Of a DNA stretch of 64,000 nucleotides, positions 1 to 12,521 are shown piece by piece. The position numbers were made by a program, and so were the translations under genes. Numbering within the stretch: position 1 is the stretch's first letter; every line of letters starts with the position of its first letter. Location of the stretch: assembly GCA_030264375.1 (NCBI GenBank), contig JASCQW010000177.1, forward strand, positions 15,285,243 through 15,349,242, in the 5' to 3' direction. The notes below the pieces were generated by a model. That model did not search any database and had not been told where the DNA came from. It saw only the letters and a list, made by a program, of their open reading frames with translations. This stretch comes from Carcharhinus longimanus (Eukaryota).

Positions 1-652
1 TCACTGTCTGTGTGGAGTTTGCACATTCTCCTCGTGTCTGCATGGGTTTCCTCCAGGTACTCCGGTTTCCTCCCACACTTCAAAGATGTGCGGGTTAGGT
101 TGATTGGCCAGGCTAAGAAATTGCCCCTTAATGTCCAGGGAAGCATAGGTTAGAGGGATTAGTGGGTATAATATGTAGGGATATGGGGGTAGCGCCTGGG
201 TGGGATTGTGTTCGGTGCAGACTCGATGGGCTGAAGGGCCTCTTTCTGCACTGTAGGGTTCAATGATCTTCTATAGTTCCTCCCTGGCACTAAGGGGCAA
301 TTTATCATGACCAATCAACTTAACCTGCACAGTGGCACAGTGGTTAACGCTGCTGCCTCACAGTACCAGGGACTCAGATTCAATTCTGGCCTCAGGTCAC
401 TGTCTGTGAGGAATTTGCATATTCTCCCCATGTCTGCATGGGTTTCCTCCTGGTGCTCTGATTTCCTCCCATAATCCAAAGTCCAAAGATGTGTGGGTTG
501 GGTTGATTAGCCATGCTAAATTGACCCTAGTGTCAGGGGATTAGCAGGGTAAATATGTGGGATTATGAGGATAGGACCTGGGTGGGATTGTGGTCGGTGC
601 AGGCTCGATGGGCTAAATGGCCTCCTACTGTACTGTAGGGATTCCATGATTC
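1..652 (+). mobile_element. HE1-type V-SINE cluster: truncated + copy (1-274), short inverted fragment (~277-330), second + copy (~329-652)
   Basis: tRNA-like head (gtggcacagtggtta...ttcaattc), V-domain (gggtttcctccgggtgctccggtttcctccc-like) and CR1-like tail (gactcgatgggc...ctgcactgtagggattc-like). Confidence 0.85.
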
Positions 653-1129
653 TTTATATTGTCCTTTAAATCATGCAAGGCAATGCTCTCAGGCTGACAC
701 GACATTCTATGGTCAACCTCCATGTTGTATCATGAAACAATTGCAAAGCCAGTCATGAAGGATTACATACTGGAACCTCAGTGCAACACAGTTGGAAACT
801 CTTGAGTGTTAGAGCTTCAACCATTAAATCAACACGTTATTTGATTATTAAACCAACAAATAGACACCTTGACTGACTATAAATTGGGAAGAAACTTTCC
901 AAATACTGATTTAGAAAAATACTTTGAAATTCTAGAGAGCAGGGGTTTTAGAAAGAATAGCCATATCTGTGACTGTCTCAGCAAATACTGGCGAGAAACA
1001 TGAACCTCATTAGGAAAGATCTCCAGGAGTTTCAGTTCATAAAACCATCACAAAGATTCAGAACAATAAACTGCTGAACAATCTATTAAAAACTGTTTCC
1101 AACTATTAATTGTTTCTGAGAACCCAACT

Positions 1130-1470
1130 CTATAGCCATTGCAAACATCACGCAAACCAAGGACCCCACACACCCCGGATGTTCTCTCTTCCACCTTTTT
1201 CTGTCGGGAAACAGATACAAAAATCTGAGATCACGTACCAACTGATGCAAGAACAGCTTCTTCCTTACTGCCATCAGATTTTTGAATGGACCTACCTTAC
1301 ATAAGTTAATCTTTTGCTACACCCTAGTTATGACTGTTACACTGCATTCTGTACCCTCTCCTTTCCTGTACCCCATGTACTCTATGAATGGTATGCTTTG
1401 TATAGCGCGCAAGAAACAATGCTTTTCACTGTATAGTTATACATGTGACAACAATAAATCAAATTAAATC
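1130..1470 (+). mobile_element. Rex1/Babar-type LINE 3' end
   Basis: Degenerate LFxLLPSGxRYxS..RT..xKNSFFP end motif and aataaatcaaat tail; near-copy of 12140-12421. Confidence 0.75.
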
Positions 1471-1552
1471 AGAAATGTATTTAAAGAGCACAGTAGCAAG
1501 AGAGAATAAGGCAACTGCCAATTTGGTCCGATAACCATAAAGAACATGATTT

Positions 1553-1873
1553 GGGCAGCACGGTGGCACAGTGGTTAGCAATGCTGTCTCACAGTGCCAG
1601 GGATCTGGGTTCAATTCCCGATTTGGGTCACTGTCTGTGTGGAGTCTGCAATTCTCCCTGTGTCTGTGTGGTTTTCCTCTCGGTGCCCTGGTTTCCTCCC
1701 ACAGTCCAAAGATGTGCAGGGTCGTGGATTGGCCATGCTAAATTGACCCTTAGTATCAGGGGACTAGCTAGGATAAATGCATGGAGTTATGGGGATAATG
1801 CCTGGCTGGGATTGTGGTCAGTGCAGACTTGATGGGCCAAATGGCCTCTTTCTGCACTGTAAGATTCTGTGAT
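1553..1873 (+). mobile_element. Full-length HE1-type V-SINE
   Basis: gggcagcacggtggcacagtggttag head with A/B boxes, V-domain, CR1-derived tail. Confidence 0.9.
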
Positions 1874-2393
1874 GGCATTTTGTAAAGCCTGGTAAATTAT
1901 GAATTATTTTGTTATAGCAAGTGGTTGGTAAGTATGAAAAAAACACTTGAGCCCTTTTGTAGCATATAGGAGGAGTAGGCCATTTAACCTGTTCCATGTT
2001 TGAGCTTAGCAACGAGAACGTGTTATGTTAGGTTGGTGTTGGAGCTATGGATAACATTGCTGAAATGACAGTGGAATTTTAGCAGTGCAAAAGTTTTCAG
2101 ATTTATGTTTTTTTAAATCTAACTTAACCCCACTGCTATCTACTTAGGGTGAGGCCAAAGGGCTTCATTATCATGCATTACAAGCTGACAATTCAGACTC
2201 AAAAACCAAGAGAACGGTCACATCAAACATGGAAGTGATCTATTTTGTAAACCTGGGTTTAAATAGGGTCAGACTTAAGATTCACTTATTTAACAGCCTT
2301 TAATTGTAAGTTCTATCAAACTGAATTTGATGACTATTGCCTGTTGTAGTTTCATAGTTTCAAGATTTTCCTGCAATATGCCTCAGCCTATTT

Positions 2394-2662
2394 TCATAGA
2401 ATCCTACAGTGCAGCAGGTGGTGATTCGGCTCATCGAGTCTGCACTGACCACAATCCCACTCAGGTCCTGTCTCCATAACCCCATGTACTTACACTAGCT
2501 AGTCCTCCTGACACTAAGAGGCAATTTAACATGGCCAATCCACCCAACCCGCACATCTTTGGACTAGAGAGGAGAACGTGCAAACTCTGCACAGGCAGTG
2601 AGTGCCCTAAGCAGGGAATCGAAACTGGGTCCCTGGTGCTGTGAGGCAGCAGCGTTAACCAT
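2394..2662 (-). mobile_element. HE1-type V-SINE with internal deletion
   Basis: Reverse complement of the same head and tail motifs. Confidence 0.85.
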
Positions 2663-5600
2663 TCTCACCCAGTTCATTTTGTCAGTGTAACTGCTCTAAT
2701 TCAAGAGATTCAGTGAATTATATTTAAGCATTTATTACATCGTTAAAAAAACAAATAAAAAGAAAACAAATAGAACGCACCAACTGTAACGTAACCACTG
2801 GGAGGCATTTATGATTAACTCAGGAAACTGTGTGAAGTTCATAAGTATTCATTCTCAATCACAGATAAAACTGAGCTGAAGCCACTAAATTCAGGCAGGG
2901 ATCCCGCAATGAGTAACAACTCTACCAAGTTAAAGACATGAGATTTGAACCAGGAGTCCTTATCCTAAATTGAGCCTTTGATTTCATTTCAATAATCTGG
3001 GAACTCTGCTGGGACTCATTGTGCATTCACAAGCAATTTGTCCATTTCAAGGAGATCAATTTTGGGCTGCTTCCCTCAGTGCCAGTGATCCTCCAGTAAG
3101 TCCTGGGAATCAGGAGCTGAGGTGGGTAGATGGGGTGTGAAACAATGGGAGCAAATTGGCAGCAGTCCTCAGGAGTACTTCTCCAGGCTCCATGGCAAAT
3201 CTGAAAAATTGACTTACGTTCTCGCTGGTGGCTGCTGCTTATTATAGCAACAAACACCAGGAACAGAGCAAGCCTTACCTGCTTGACATTTCCAGTAATT
3301 TCTCTCTATGTCCATAACATGCACTCCAATCATCACTCTCCAATTTTTAGAGAGCAGTCCTAAATACAGGCATTAGACTCACACATGTAAGCAGCCTAAG
3401 GCATGTAGCTGTGGGTGCTTGAGAAACCAATCTAAACCAAATTGTTGTTGGATGTATTTTGTATTGTTGCTTTTTGTCACTGTTCTGCAAAAGATACAGC
3501 ACAGCAAGGTTCAATTTCTTCCTCACTAGTTTCAGCATGTCAATCAAACTGGCCAATAGAATATGTGCTAGATTTGGGAGCGTCGCTATGCTGCTTTCAT
3601 CTAGGCTTACTGAGTAGCAACCTTCCGCTTAAACTTTCTAAATATGAGAGTGAAAGTGTTCATAAGCAAGCAGAATGAAGAGCAAGAGACAGAGAGAATT
3701 AATCAGAGTGAACAAATGTGAGAGAAATTACAAGAGAACATTGGTGAAAAGATAGCATGAAAAGGAGAGTAAGAGAAAGGGAGATGGTGAGAATAAATGC
3801 AAAATTTGCCATGTGGGGGAAAAGTGGTGAGAGAGAATGTTTCAACGTGACAGAAGGTTTTAATGTTTCCTTTTCAGCGCAGGGATAAATATGTTCAGTT
3901 TTATTAACGTACAGGTTTAATGTAGTTGACAGCTTTCTAACACATATTTCCATTGCCCAACTCTATCTGTTATCCTTCACTTCACAGAGAAAATCAGGAC
4001 TTTCCATTTTTATCATTTCAGAAAGATCTTTTCTTGAAATCAGTCAATTTTCTCTTAGAATGACAAACATGAGAACACATTATGATCATCTTTCCCACAA
4101 GTAACACTCATGCTAGAGTAGCTATTCAATGCACGCTTAAATGTCTAGTTGGATACACTATGCTAGAGATTATAATTGCCCAAAATAGCACAGTTTGTCA
4201 ATATATTTTAAAAATAAATATCAATACTGTCTACGAGTTCCACCACTAGATGTCACTAACTTAAACTATAAAGATGTTTGCCAAAATCTATTTATAGAGG
4301 ACAGAATTTTACCGGCACGTGCACCCAAGCTTTGTACGATCTCGCCCGAGGCCAACAGAGAGTGCCATTCTCCGAGCTCACCTGCCCCTGAAATCAGGAC
4401 AGGCATGCCGGCAAAATTCCGGCCAGAGTGCTGTGCAACTTCAGGCCTGATTTTAAATCACTCAAAACTCATTCACTTGCACACTTAAAATTAGGCCCCA
4501 AGGAGCTGGTGAATAACAAAACAGCAGAATAACCTCCATCATTCACAAATCACATATTTATGAAAAGGTGTAATAATACAAGTCATACATGCTGTTTAGC
4601 TGTGGCCATGAGGCAATATAAGGGACGGCTGTGGCAATATGAAATGAGAAGTGCAAAGTCTTTTAGTTACATTAAATGGAAAAGCCTACTATCTTCCAAA
4701 AAAGTAGTGAAAGAATTTCAAAGCAGTGCCAATAAGATGGTAATGGACTTCAGAGTTGATTGCAGTTTGTAACAACATAGATATCAGCAATGTAAGCACG
4801 ACCTATAAGTCAGGTAATTTCATTTGAATACTGAGTTCTTGGGGAAGAGGAACTCCAGACTTAGAACATCCCAGTTTGATATTTGTTCTTTACTAAGGTT
4901 TCTTTCAAAGTGGTGAAGGGAGGGGGGGGAGGTCACAAAAATTGAATTTAGTGTTTTTGAGCTTGGGAAGGCAAAAATTAAAGAGTTCCTAATCATTGTC
5001 TACTGGGTCAGTGCTGGAAGGTCTGCATTCATGGGTGTCTAAGGAAGGCAGGAGGAGACTCGGTTGGATTAGTGACTCCTGCAGAAATGTGGTCATATTG
5101 GATGATTATTTTGATGTTCTTGTTACCGTGCTAAACACAATTCTAAGCACAACTGTGAATATGTTTATTATCCTAGTACCAGAGGGGAAGAAGAGAAATT
5201 TGATATAAAGTCATCAATTAATCATTTCTTATGTAAATGGGTTGTCCTTTATCTGTTATTTAATGAAGGCAGAAACACCACTTATTTTTAGAAAAGAGCA
5301 CAGAAATGTACAAATCGGTTCACTCATTATTATCATAAACAGGGCTGATTTTTGAGCATATTTTGGAAGTTGGGTAGAAATAAGTAATTATTACATCACT
5401 TCTTCAAAAAAGACAATAATTATCAATAATTCTTCACTGAAATATCTTTGTCTTCACGATGTTTTCAACATTTCAGTTTGAAATATGCCACTGCAGCATC
5501 ATCATTATCAGCACTTAATTTGAAGATCGAAGGCCAACAATCATGATGACAGTCTTCAATGAATCAATTATGTTCAAGATCTTAAAGATTCACTCTCAAC

Positions 5601-6443
5601 CACCCAGAGGAAATCATCTGGCATAGATTACCAAAAGCATTCCTACAGCGTTAGCAAATGAGGTACTATCCCTTTTCAGGAATGTTCGAGTAGTGGTGGA
5701 GAACTTAAAAAAAAGGAGAACATGCAGATAAAAAAGCCAACAATCCTTTGTGTAAAATTAATGATCTCACTTTAACTCTTTCAGTGCTGCATCACCCAAA
5801 TATAGAATTTTCTTTTAAAAGGAGCAATTTTTTCCCTTGTTAGAAATTAACATATGACATCTGACCTTATCTTTCCTTCAATCTAGCTTAATGATTTGGG
5901 CCTTATTGAACTGCAGTAAAATGCTGGGTCCCTGATTAGTTCTATATTCATATTTGCCAAAAATAAATAACATTTTAATCTAGATTCAGGCAGAGAATCT
6001 TCAACCTTACTCCCTGTAAAATGGTTGCACCTAACAGGCAGGAGTCAATGGGCAGGATCTAACTGACAGCATACAAATGACGTGTACAATGTGTGAGCCG
6101 CACAGCACTTTAAGTAACTTTCAAGGGCAGATCTTCACTTGAAACTTGGAAGGAAAATCATGTCTTTGAAAACTATGTATTAAATACCTCTCCAGTGATT
6201 TCTAGTTTGCGACACAGAAGTTTCTAGTGTTAAATCCCCTTTAAACGTTTTATTTGTTATTAGTTTTCTCCAATGTAAATTAACTGAAAGAACAATTCAT
6301 TTGGGCGTGTTTATAATTGAATAATTACTATTGTGATGCTTTAAATGAGAACTCATCGAATACATTGGCACTTGTTGCATTGAAAGAGTTAAAATAATGG
6401 CAAATGATATAGGATGCAGCTGAGTACATCTCACTGAGCTCAC

Positions 6444-6557
6444 TTGGTTTTCTGCAGGTAGCCGTGGCATGGAGGCTGCTCGACTTTGGCCTTCCATCGG
6501 GAGGTAATGGTCGCTGTCCGAGTAGCCGTCCCTCCCCATTTCTTGCATCTCCACAGC
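6444..6557 (-). CDS. CACNA1A: CACNA1A exon 43 equivalent (114 nt): [38 protein letters not shown]
   Basis: Acceptor gtattgcag|GCT, donor CAA|gtgagc; phase 0/0. A known alternatively spliced cassette in mammals. Confidence 0.96.
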
Positions 6558-7482
6558 CTGCAATACAAAGCCAAATTTGGGGGGGTATTAAAGGGGAGGA
6601 AACGTCAGCCTCAGCTGGAACTGAGTGAGCTGGAAGGCTCCTCATACCATCTGCTATTCCTGAGTGTAAATTTGTAAGGTGTAATCCCTGCTACATGTTT
6701 GATGTGTCGACATAAACAAACATCAAAGGAATGTAAGGGATATTATTACAACTTAGAAGGTGTATACACGAGAGAATTAACCTATCAACTATGATTTGTC
6801 TTTTCATTCTGGAGCATAGGCATCACTAGTAGTGCTATTTTTATTGTCCATTCAGAGGCGTCCTGTGAAGATGATGGTTAACCGTTTCCTTGAACTGCAA
6901 CAGTCCGTAAGATAATGGTATTCTCATAATGCTATTACAGGTAGTGAGTTACATGATCAACCCTTCAGTCTCATAACTAAAATCTACGTACTTACATTAA
7001 TTTTAATTATTTATCCTTAAATTTTGTGGTAAACTTCCACATGAGCTTGGGAAACATTTCCCCAGTTCCTGCCCTCAGGAACATCATCAAGACTTTCCAG
7101 GTCAGGCAATACATAGCTTAAATACAGAGTAATGTTCCCTCTACTATACTATAAAATGCTGTTTAACCTTCACATATGCCAGTGGGACATTTCCATTTCC
7201 CCACACCATTATCCTTCACAATTATGAGTTAGACTGGGGCCAAGTTAGCTCAGTTGGCTAGATGGCAAGTACATGGATCATATTAACTTGAACTGGGTTT
7301 AGCCCTATTCCGGCTGAGGCAGACTCGGAGCCTGTCTCCTCACCCTACCCATGGAAAAATATCCTGGCACTTTGACAAGATTCGCTGAGTAATCACCAAG
7401 GATCTGCTTTCTGCAATGAACTCAAGAAGAACAATGAGAACAGCTGTGAGCAATTGAGACCTGAGTTGAGATTGACCTGATA

Positions 7483-7692
7483 CAAGAGCAAAGTACTGGA
7501 AGTCTGGAATTAAATTTGCAAATTTTGGAAATAATGAGGCCTAGTATTATCTATGGAGAGAGAAATGAGTGAGTTAACATTTCGTCAGGGTCAATGACAA
7601 AGGCTCATTGATCTAAAATGTTAACTCTGTTTCTTTCTCCACAGAAACTGCCAGACCTGCTGAGTATTTGTAGCATTTTCCATTGTTATTTG
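7483..7692. mobile_element. Palindromic Penelope-derived short repeat
   Basis: Inverted arms (tggagagagaaatgag..gttaacattt / aaatgttaactctgtttctttctcca). Related half-copies at ~22530-22650, ~41670-41790 and ~54020-54140; an interrupted copy at ~42440-42870. Confidence 0.55.
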
Positions 7693-10485
7693 AGATTGTC
7701 ATGACTTACATTATGTGAAACTTTCATTCAAATGAGTCTGGGCTGGATTAGAGTTAACAGGACAGTGCTCCCTCCTACATTTCTTTGTGGTTCAATGTCT
7801 AGCTTCTCAGTGGAAATGTAAAGTGCTGCAATATTGTCAAAACTGTCAGTTAGTTGATATCATGAGAAGAATTCATAAACAGGTATACAGATGAGGACTA
7901 ATCATTCTGTTCTGGTAAGCAGGCACCAGTTCCTAATCAACTTCAGGATAGAGATCACTCTACCTTATGGCAAAATACATTCTCACTCATAGCACTGTTG
8001 GTTGTAAGTGTGGTCATATTAACATTGAAACATGACAAGCTTATTATAATATATTTACAGAATGCCTCATCACATTGTTGAAATGTCTGAAAGTGCTCCA
8101 TGTAATTAATTGCTTTTGGAGTGTTATTATGCAGGCTATCTCAACATGGGCTTCATAGAAAATAATGGTCACTTGGTAATAATTACAAGTTAGTAGTCTA
8201 ACTGGTGGAGTGGGAGGTACATATATCACTGAAAATTATAAGAACAAGTCTTGACTGGTGAGATTAAATGTCTTGAAATCACTCCAGGATAACACTTTTT
8301 CTGTAACACAGACTAATTTTGTTATTTTGGGATGCATTTGATCAAGCTCTGGGTCTATTTTTGCACTGAGCAGGTTCACGGATGTCTATTGAAAAACAAT
8401 TTGTAGTTATCAGGGGATTCCTTGGCCAAGATATGTCAAATTGCTGTGTCATACAATGTGGTTTATTCTACAGGACATGGTAAAATATCACAGATGGGAA
8501 GGTGTACAAGTTTACACATAACAAGTCCCATCATAAATTCTGAATTTAAAATGGAAAAGTTGATTCAAAGTGTGGACAAACATAATTATACACTCAAGCT
8601 TCCTTGAAGTTTTATACAGAAAGTGCAAAGTGTAGTCCTCAGTTAAAGTTGGAATAGGAGGCAAGGGATAGCCGAACTAAAGGTACAGATGAAATACAGT
8701 TCCCATATTCAAAGTCATTATGTCAATATTTTGATATTTCCATTATAATTTTTGTGTGCACACTTATGTTTTCCAGGGCATTTACTATTATGTCAGGTTA
8801 GAATTACATTGTAGCATGAGAGAAAGGACTTCATTATTTCCACTGGGGCAAATAGATGGGATGGGGAATGTAATATAGTCCAACATGTTTCATAATAATG
8901 TGACATAGGAATTTATTTTTACGCAGCATTCAGTTACTATAAGAATCACATTAGCTTCTTGCAATATTGTGCTTTCACACCAGCTACACTATGCTTTGGT
9001 TATTATACCCTGCATAAAAAAGAGTATCCTCTGGCTCATCCTGAGCAAGGCCACGCTGATCTGTGACTGGTATATTAATATAGAGTATGTCGCGTTTAAT
9101 AACATGCTGCTGAAAAGGTCTCAAAGGCTGTGGCATTGAATCTTAAACCATATGGAATGTGATATTACTGTGTTCTTTTTGTCCATTCAACCGAATTCCT
9201 TTCCCATTCCTCATCTATTCTTGCTCCTCTGCTCAGCATGCCCAGCTGATGATGGCAAATGAACAATATAAACTTAAAAATTGTCAACTACATAAATGTT
9301 GTTCTCACCATCAGGCCACCTGCAGAAAACAGTCATCCAGCTGCTGCTTGTTTGAAGCTGCATTCACATTTGTCTATATAACAACAGTCACTGCATTTCA
9401 AAGTAATTCATTTTAAGTGAATGCATTTTAAATGGTACATTCCAAATATTTTAAACTTCTGCAGAGTTTTAGGTGTCATTCATATTGGTGAAAAGTTTAT
9501 TTTCTAACACTAAATGTTGATTGATAATAATTTGACTCTCAAATCAATGAACTCCTCCTAATGAGTATGAGGGTTATTTAAAGGACACAGGGTGATATAA
9601 ACACAAACAAAGTACAACAGAATGAGTCCAATTACTGGGTGGCACTGAGAGGGAATTCAGCAGCAGGTCAAACACTGGGCCACTCAGCTGGGAAATAATT
9701 TTATTTGTTGAAGCTAAAGGAAAAGTGAAAAATAATAAAGAAAGGAATAAAATGTTGGGAAAGATATAGATACTTCTTGGGCACTCAAAAGGTTTTGAGC
9801 AGAGTTCCAGTACATTGGCATTCATGATTACCCATGTTTTTCAATTCAATCATCTGTCAGGGTACCGTAGGATGGCTTGGAAGGACAGATGTCTCCCAGT
9901 AGGAATGATGAGAGGTTAGAGGATGAAGTTCAACCTCTAGCTCAGATACAACTCCACACAGCCACCTGTAGTGCAGCTTTGGCAAAGGCCTAGGTAGGTT
10001 TCTGGAGAAGCCTATTCGAACTTAAAGGAAAATATTCTCAAAATAAGATGAAAATTCTTACAAGTATTTTTAAGGAGTCAGGAATATTAACATCAGTTCA
10101 AATATCTACATCTGCTATTGTTCAATAGAACAAAATATCTCAAATTATTTTCAGGTGTGTACTTTAAAGCCTATTGTATTGAGAATGCTAAGTCGTTTTG
10201 ATGAAAGATTACTGCCTGTAGATTCAGACTGTCCAACCTAACACAGGGTTACAAATAGTCTGCGGGAACAAGGGTAAAAGACAACAGAAGCCAGTGTTTT
10301 CTGACTCTGCCAGGAAAAGGCATTTAAATTATTGTTAATAAACCAGTGTAGAACTGGCAAAATTCACTACTGGTGTGGCAGGCAATTTTTTGCCAGGATT
10401 GTAACAAACCCAATTTTGTAAAGTAAGCAATTTAATTGTTATGGTGCCAAGCAATAAAACTGAGATACATTTTATCAATTCATAC

Positions 10486-10621
10486 CTGAGAGTTTGGCCG
10501 TGTGTCTTCTACTTCCTCCGAGTGACCTCTTTCAGGACTCCAAGCTCCTGTCTTCTGAAACATTTTTTGAGCTCGATCAGTGACCCAAGATTGACTCTCC
10601 TTCATAATCCCATCTTGTGCA
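10486..10621 (-). CDS. CACNA1A: CACNA1A exon 42 equivalent (136 nt): AQDGIMKESQSWVTDRAQKMFQKTGAWSPERGHSEEVEDTRPNSQ
   Basis: Acceptor ttttcccaaag|T, donor CAG|gtatga. Matches the Cav2.1 KES.SWVT.RAQ.MFQKTG.WSPE motif. Not in the ORF track. Confidence 0.93.
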
Positions 10622-10949
10622 CTTTGGGAAAAGGAATTGCATATTTATTAAGAGCAGTAGTAAGGAAGCCAGAATTCAATATTAGACAAAACATGAGAGA
10701 CATCATCTACACAATGATATATTAAAGGAGAACATAGCTCAGACCGTCCAGTAATCATAGTTTGTTCTTCCAGTAACGTAGAAACGTGGATGGGGGTAAG
10801 GTTCTCATGCATTAGAAAATAGTGTGACATATCTGATTGAAATTCAGCAGGGTGACTACCAGTGACAAACAGTGAGCAGAAAAAGAGGAGAGAAAAATCA
10901 TGTTTCATGGAAATTACCAATTATTTTGCATCTGCTATCCACTTCCTTC

Positions 10950-11297
10950 TAAAGCTAAAAAGTTCCCAGGTCCTTATGGACTTTATCCTTTGATCTTAAA
11001 AGAAGTAGCTACCTAGCTTTGCTTTTAATTTTCCAAAATTCCCCAGACTTTGAAAAGGTCTCTTCCGGTTGGAAATAAGTGAAAGTAACTCCTCTATTCA
11101 AGAGAGATAGGAATCAGGAAACTTCAGGCAGGTTAGCTTAATATCTGTCACAGGAAAATTGCTGGAATCTATTATTAAGAATGTTATAGTGGGGCATTTC
11201 AAAAATCTCAATGCAAACAGTCAGCGTCAACATGGTATTGTGACAGGAAAATTGTGTTTGAGTAACTTTTTGGGAGTTCTTTGAGGAAGTAACAAGC
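10950..11297 (+). mobile_element. CR1 LINE reverse-transcriptase fragment, decayed
   Basis: Degenerate KSPGPDG..., GNFRxVSL..., SQHG...CLSNFxEFFEEVT motifs. Confidence 0.75.
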
Positions 11298-12421
11298 ATG
11301 GCTCTGACATCCATCATTATGAAGTGCTTTGAAAGGTTAACCACAGCACAAATGAATTCTGGCCTCCCAGATTGCCTGGATCCACTAAAGTTTGTCTACC
11401 TCTGCAAAAGGTCCACAGTAGTTGCCACCTCACTGGCCCAAAACTCAACCCTGGAACACATTGATAAAAAAGACACCCACGTCAGACTCGTATTTATTGA
11501 CTACAGCTCAACCTTCAACACCATNNNNNNNNNNNNNNNNNNNNNNNNNNNNNNNNNNNNNNNNNNNNNNNNNNNNNNNNNNNNNNNNNNNNNNNNNNNN
11601 NNNNNNNNNNNNNNNNNNNNNNNNNNNNNNNNNNNNNNNNNNNNNNNNNNNNNNNNNNNNNNNNNNNNNNNNNNNNNNNNNNNNNNNNNNNNNNNNNNNN
11701 NNNNNNNNNNNNNNNNNNNNNNNNNNNNNNNNNNNNNNNNNNNNNNNNNNNNNNNNNNNNNNNNNNNNNNCTGATGTCGCCACCGTAGTGGGTCAAACAA
11801 TGATGAGACGGAGTACAGGAAAGAGATAGAGAATCTGTGGAACTGGTACGATGCAATAATCTCTCCGTCAACAAAATGAAGAAGATACTAGTCATAGACT
11901 TCAGGAAGCATAGTGGAGAACACGGCTGTGTATACATCAATGGGGGCGAAGTAGAAAGGGTCGAGAGCTTCAAGTTTTAAGGTATCCAGGTCACCAACAA
12001 CCTGTCCTGGTCCCTCCATGCTGATGCTATATTTAAGAAAGCCCATCAATGCCTCTGCTTTCTCAGGAGACAAAGGAAATTTGGCATGCCTGCCACAATT
12101 CTCACCAACGTTTAAAGATATACCATAGAAAGCATTCTGGACATGCTCTCTTCCACCTTCTTCCACTGGGGATAAAGATACAAAAGTCTGAAGTCATGCA
12201 CCAACCGACTCAAGAACAGCTTCTTTCTGGCTGCCATGAGACTTTTGAATGAACTTACCTCGCATTAAGTTGATCTTCCTCTACACCCTAGCTATGACTG
12301 TAACACTACATTCTGCATTCTCTCCTTTCCTTCTCCCCTATGAACGGTATGCTTTGTCAGTATAGCACGCAAGAAACAATACTTTTCACTGTATAATAAT
12401 AAATGTGATAATAATAAATCA
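11298..12421 (+). mobile_element. Rex1/Babar-type LINE, 5'-truncated, spans an N-gap
   Basis: ORF 11298 gives ALTSIIMKCFERL...LDPL...RST...DTHVRLVFIDYSSTFNT, typical of Rex1 RT. Ends in an ataataaatca tail. Confidence 0.85.
11525..11770. other. Assembly gap (others: 12422-12521, 15292-15527, 17694-17799, 23905-24004, 26563-26583, 45066-45165, 56166-56265, 58501-58600, 63749-63758)
   Basis: N runs, mostly inside repeats. The 100-N runs are probably of unknown true size. Confidence 0.99.
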
Positions 12422-12521
12422 NNNNNNNNNNNNNNNNNNNNNNNNNNNNNNNNNNNNNNNNNNNNNNNNNNNNNNNNNNNNNNNNNNNNNNNNNNNNNNN
12501 NNNNNNNNNNNNNNNNNNNNN

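Noticed and set aside
1553-1625. tRNA gene
   Set aside because: This is the tRNA-derived head of an HE1 SINE, continuous with the V-domain and tail.
6648-6659. Tiny exon (cag|GAATAGCAGATG|gtatga) 90 nt upstream of exon 43
   Set aside because: The 12-nt form has an in-frame TAG, the 6- and 3-nt forms have poor acceptors, and there is no known homolog. Indistinguishable from chance.
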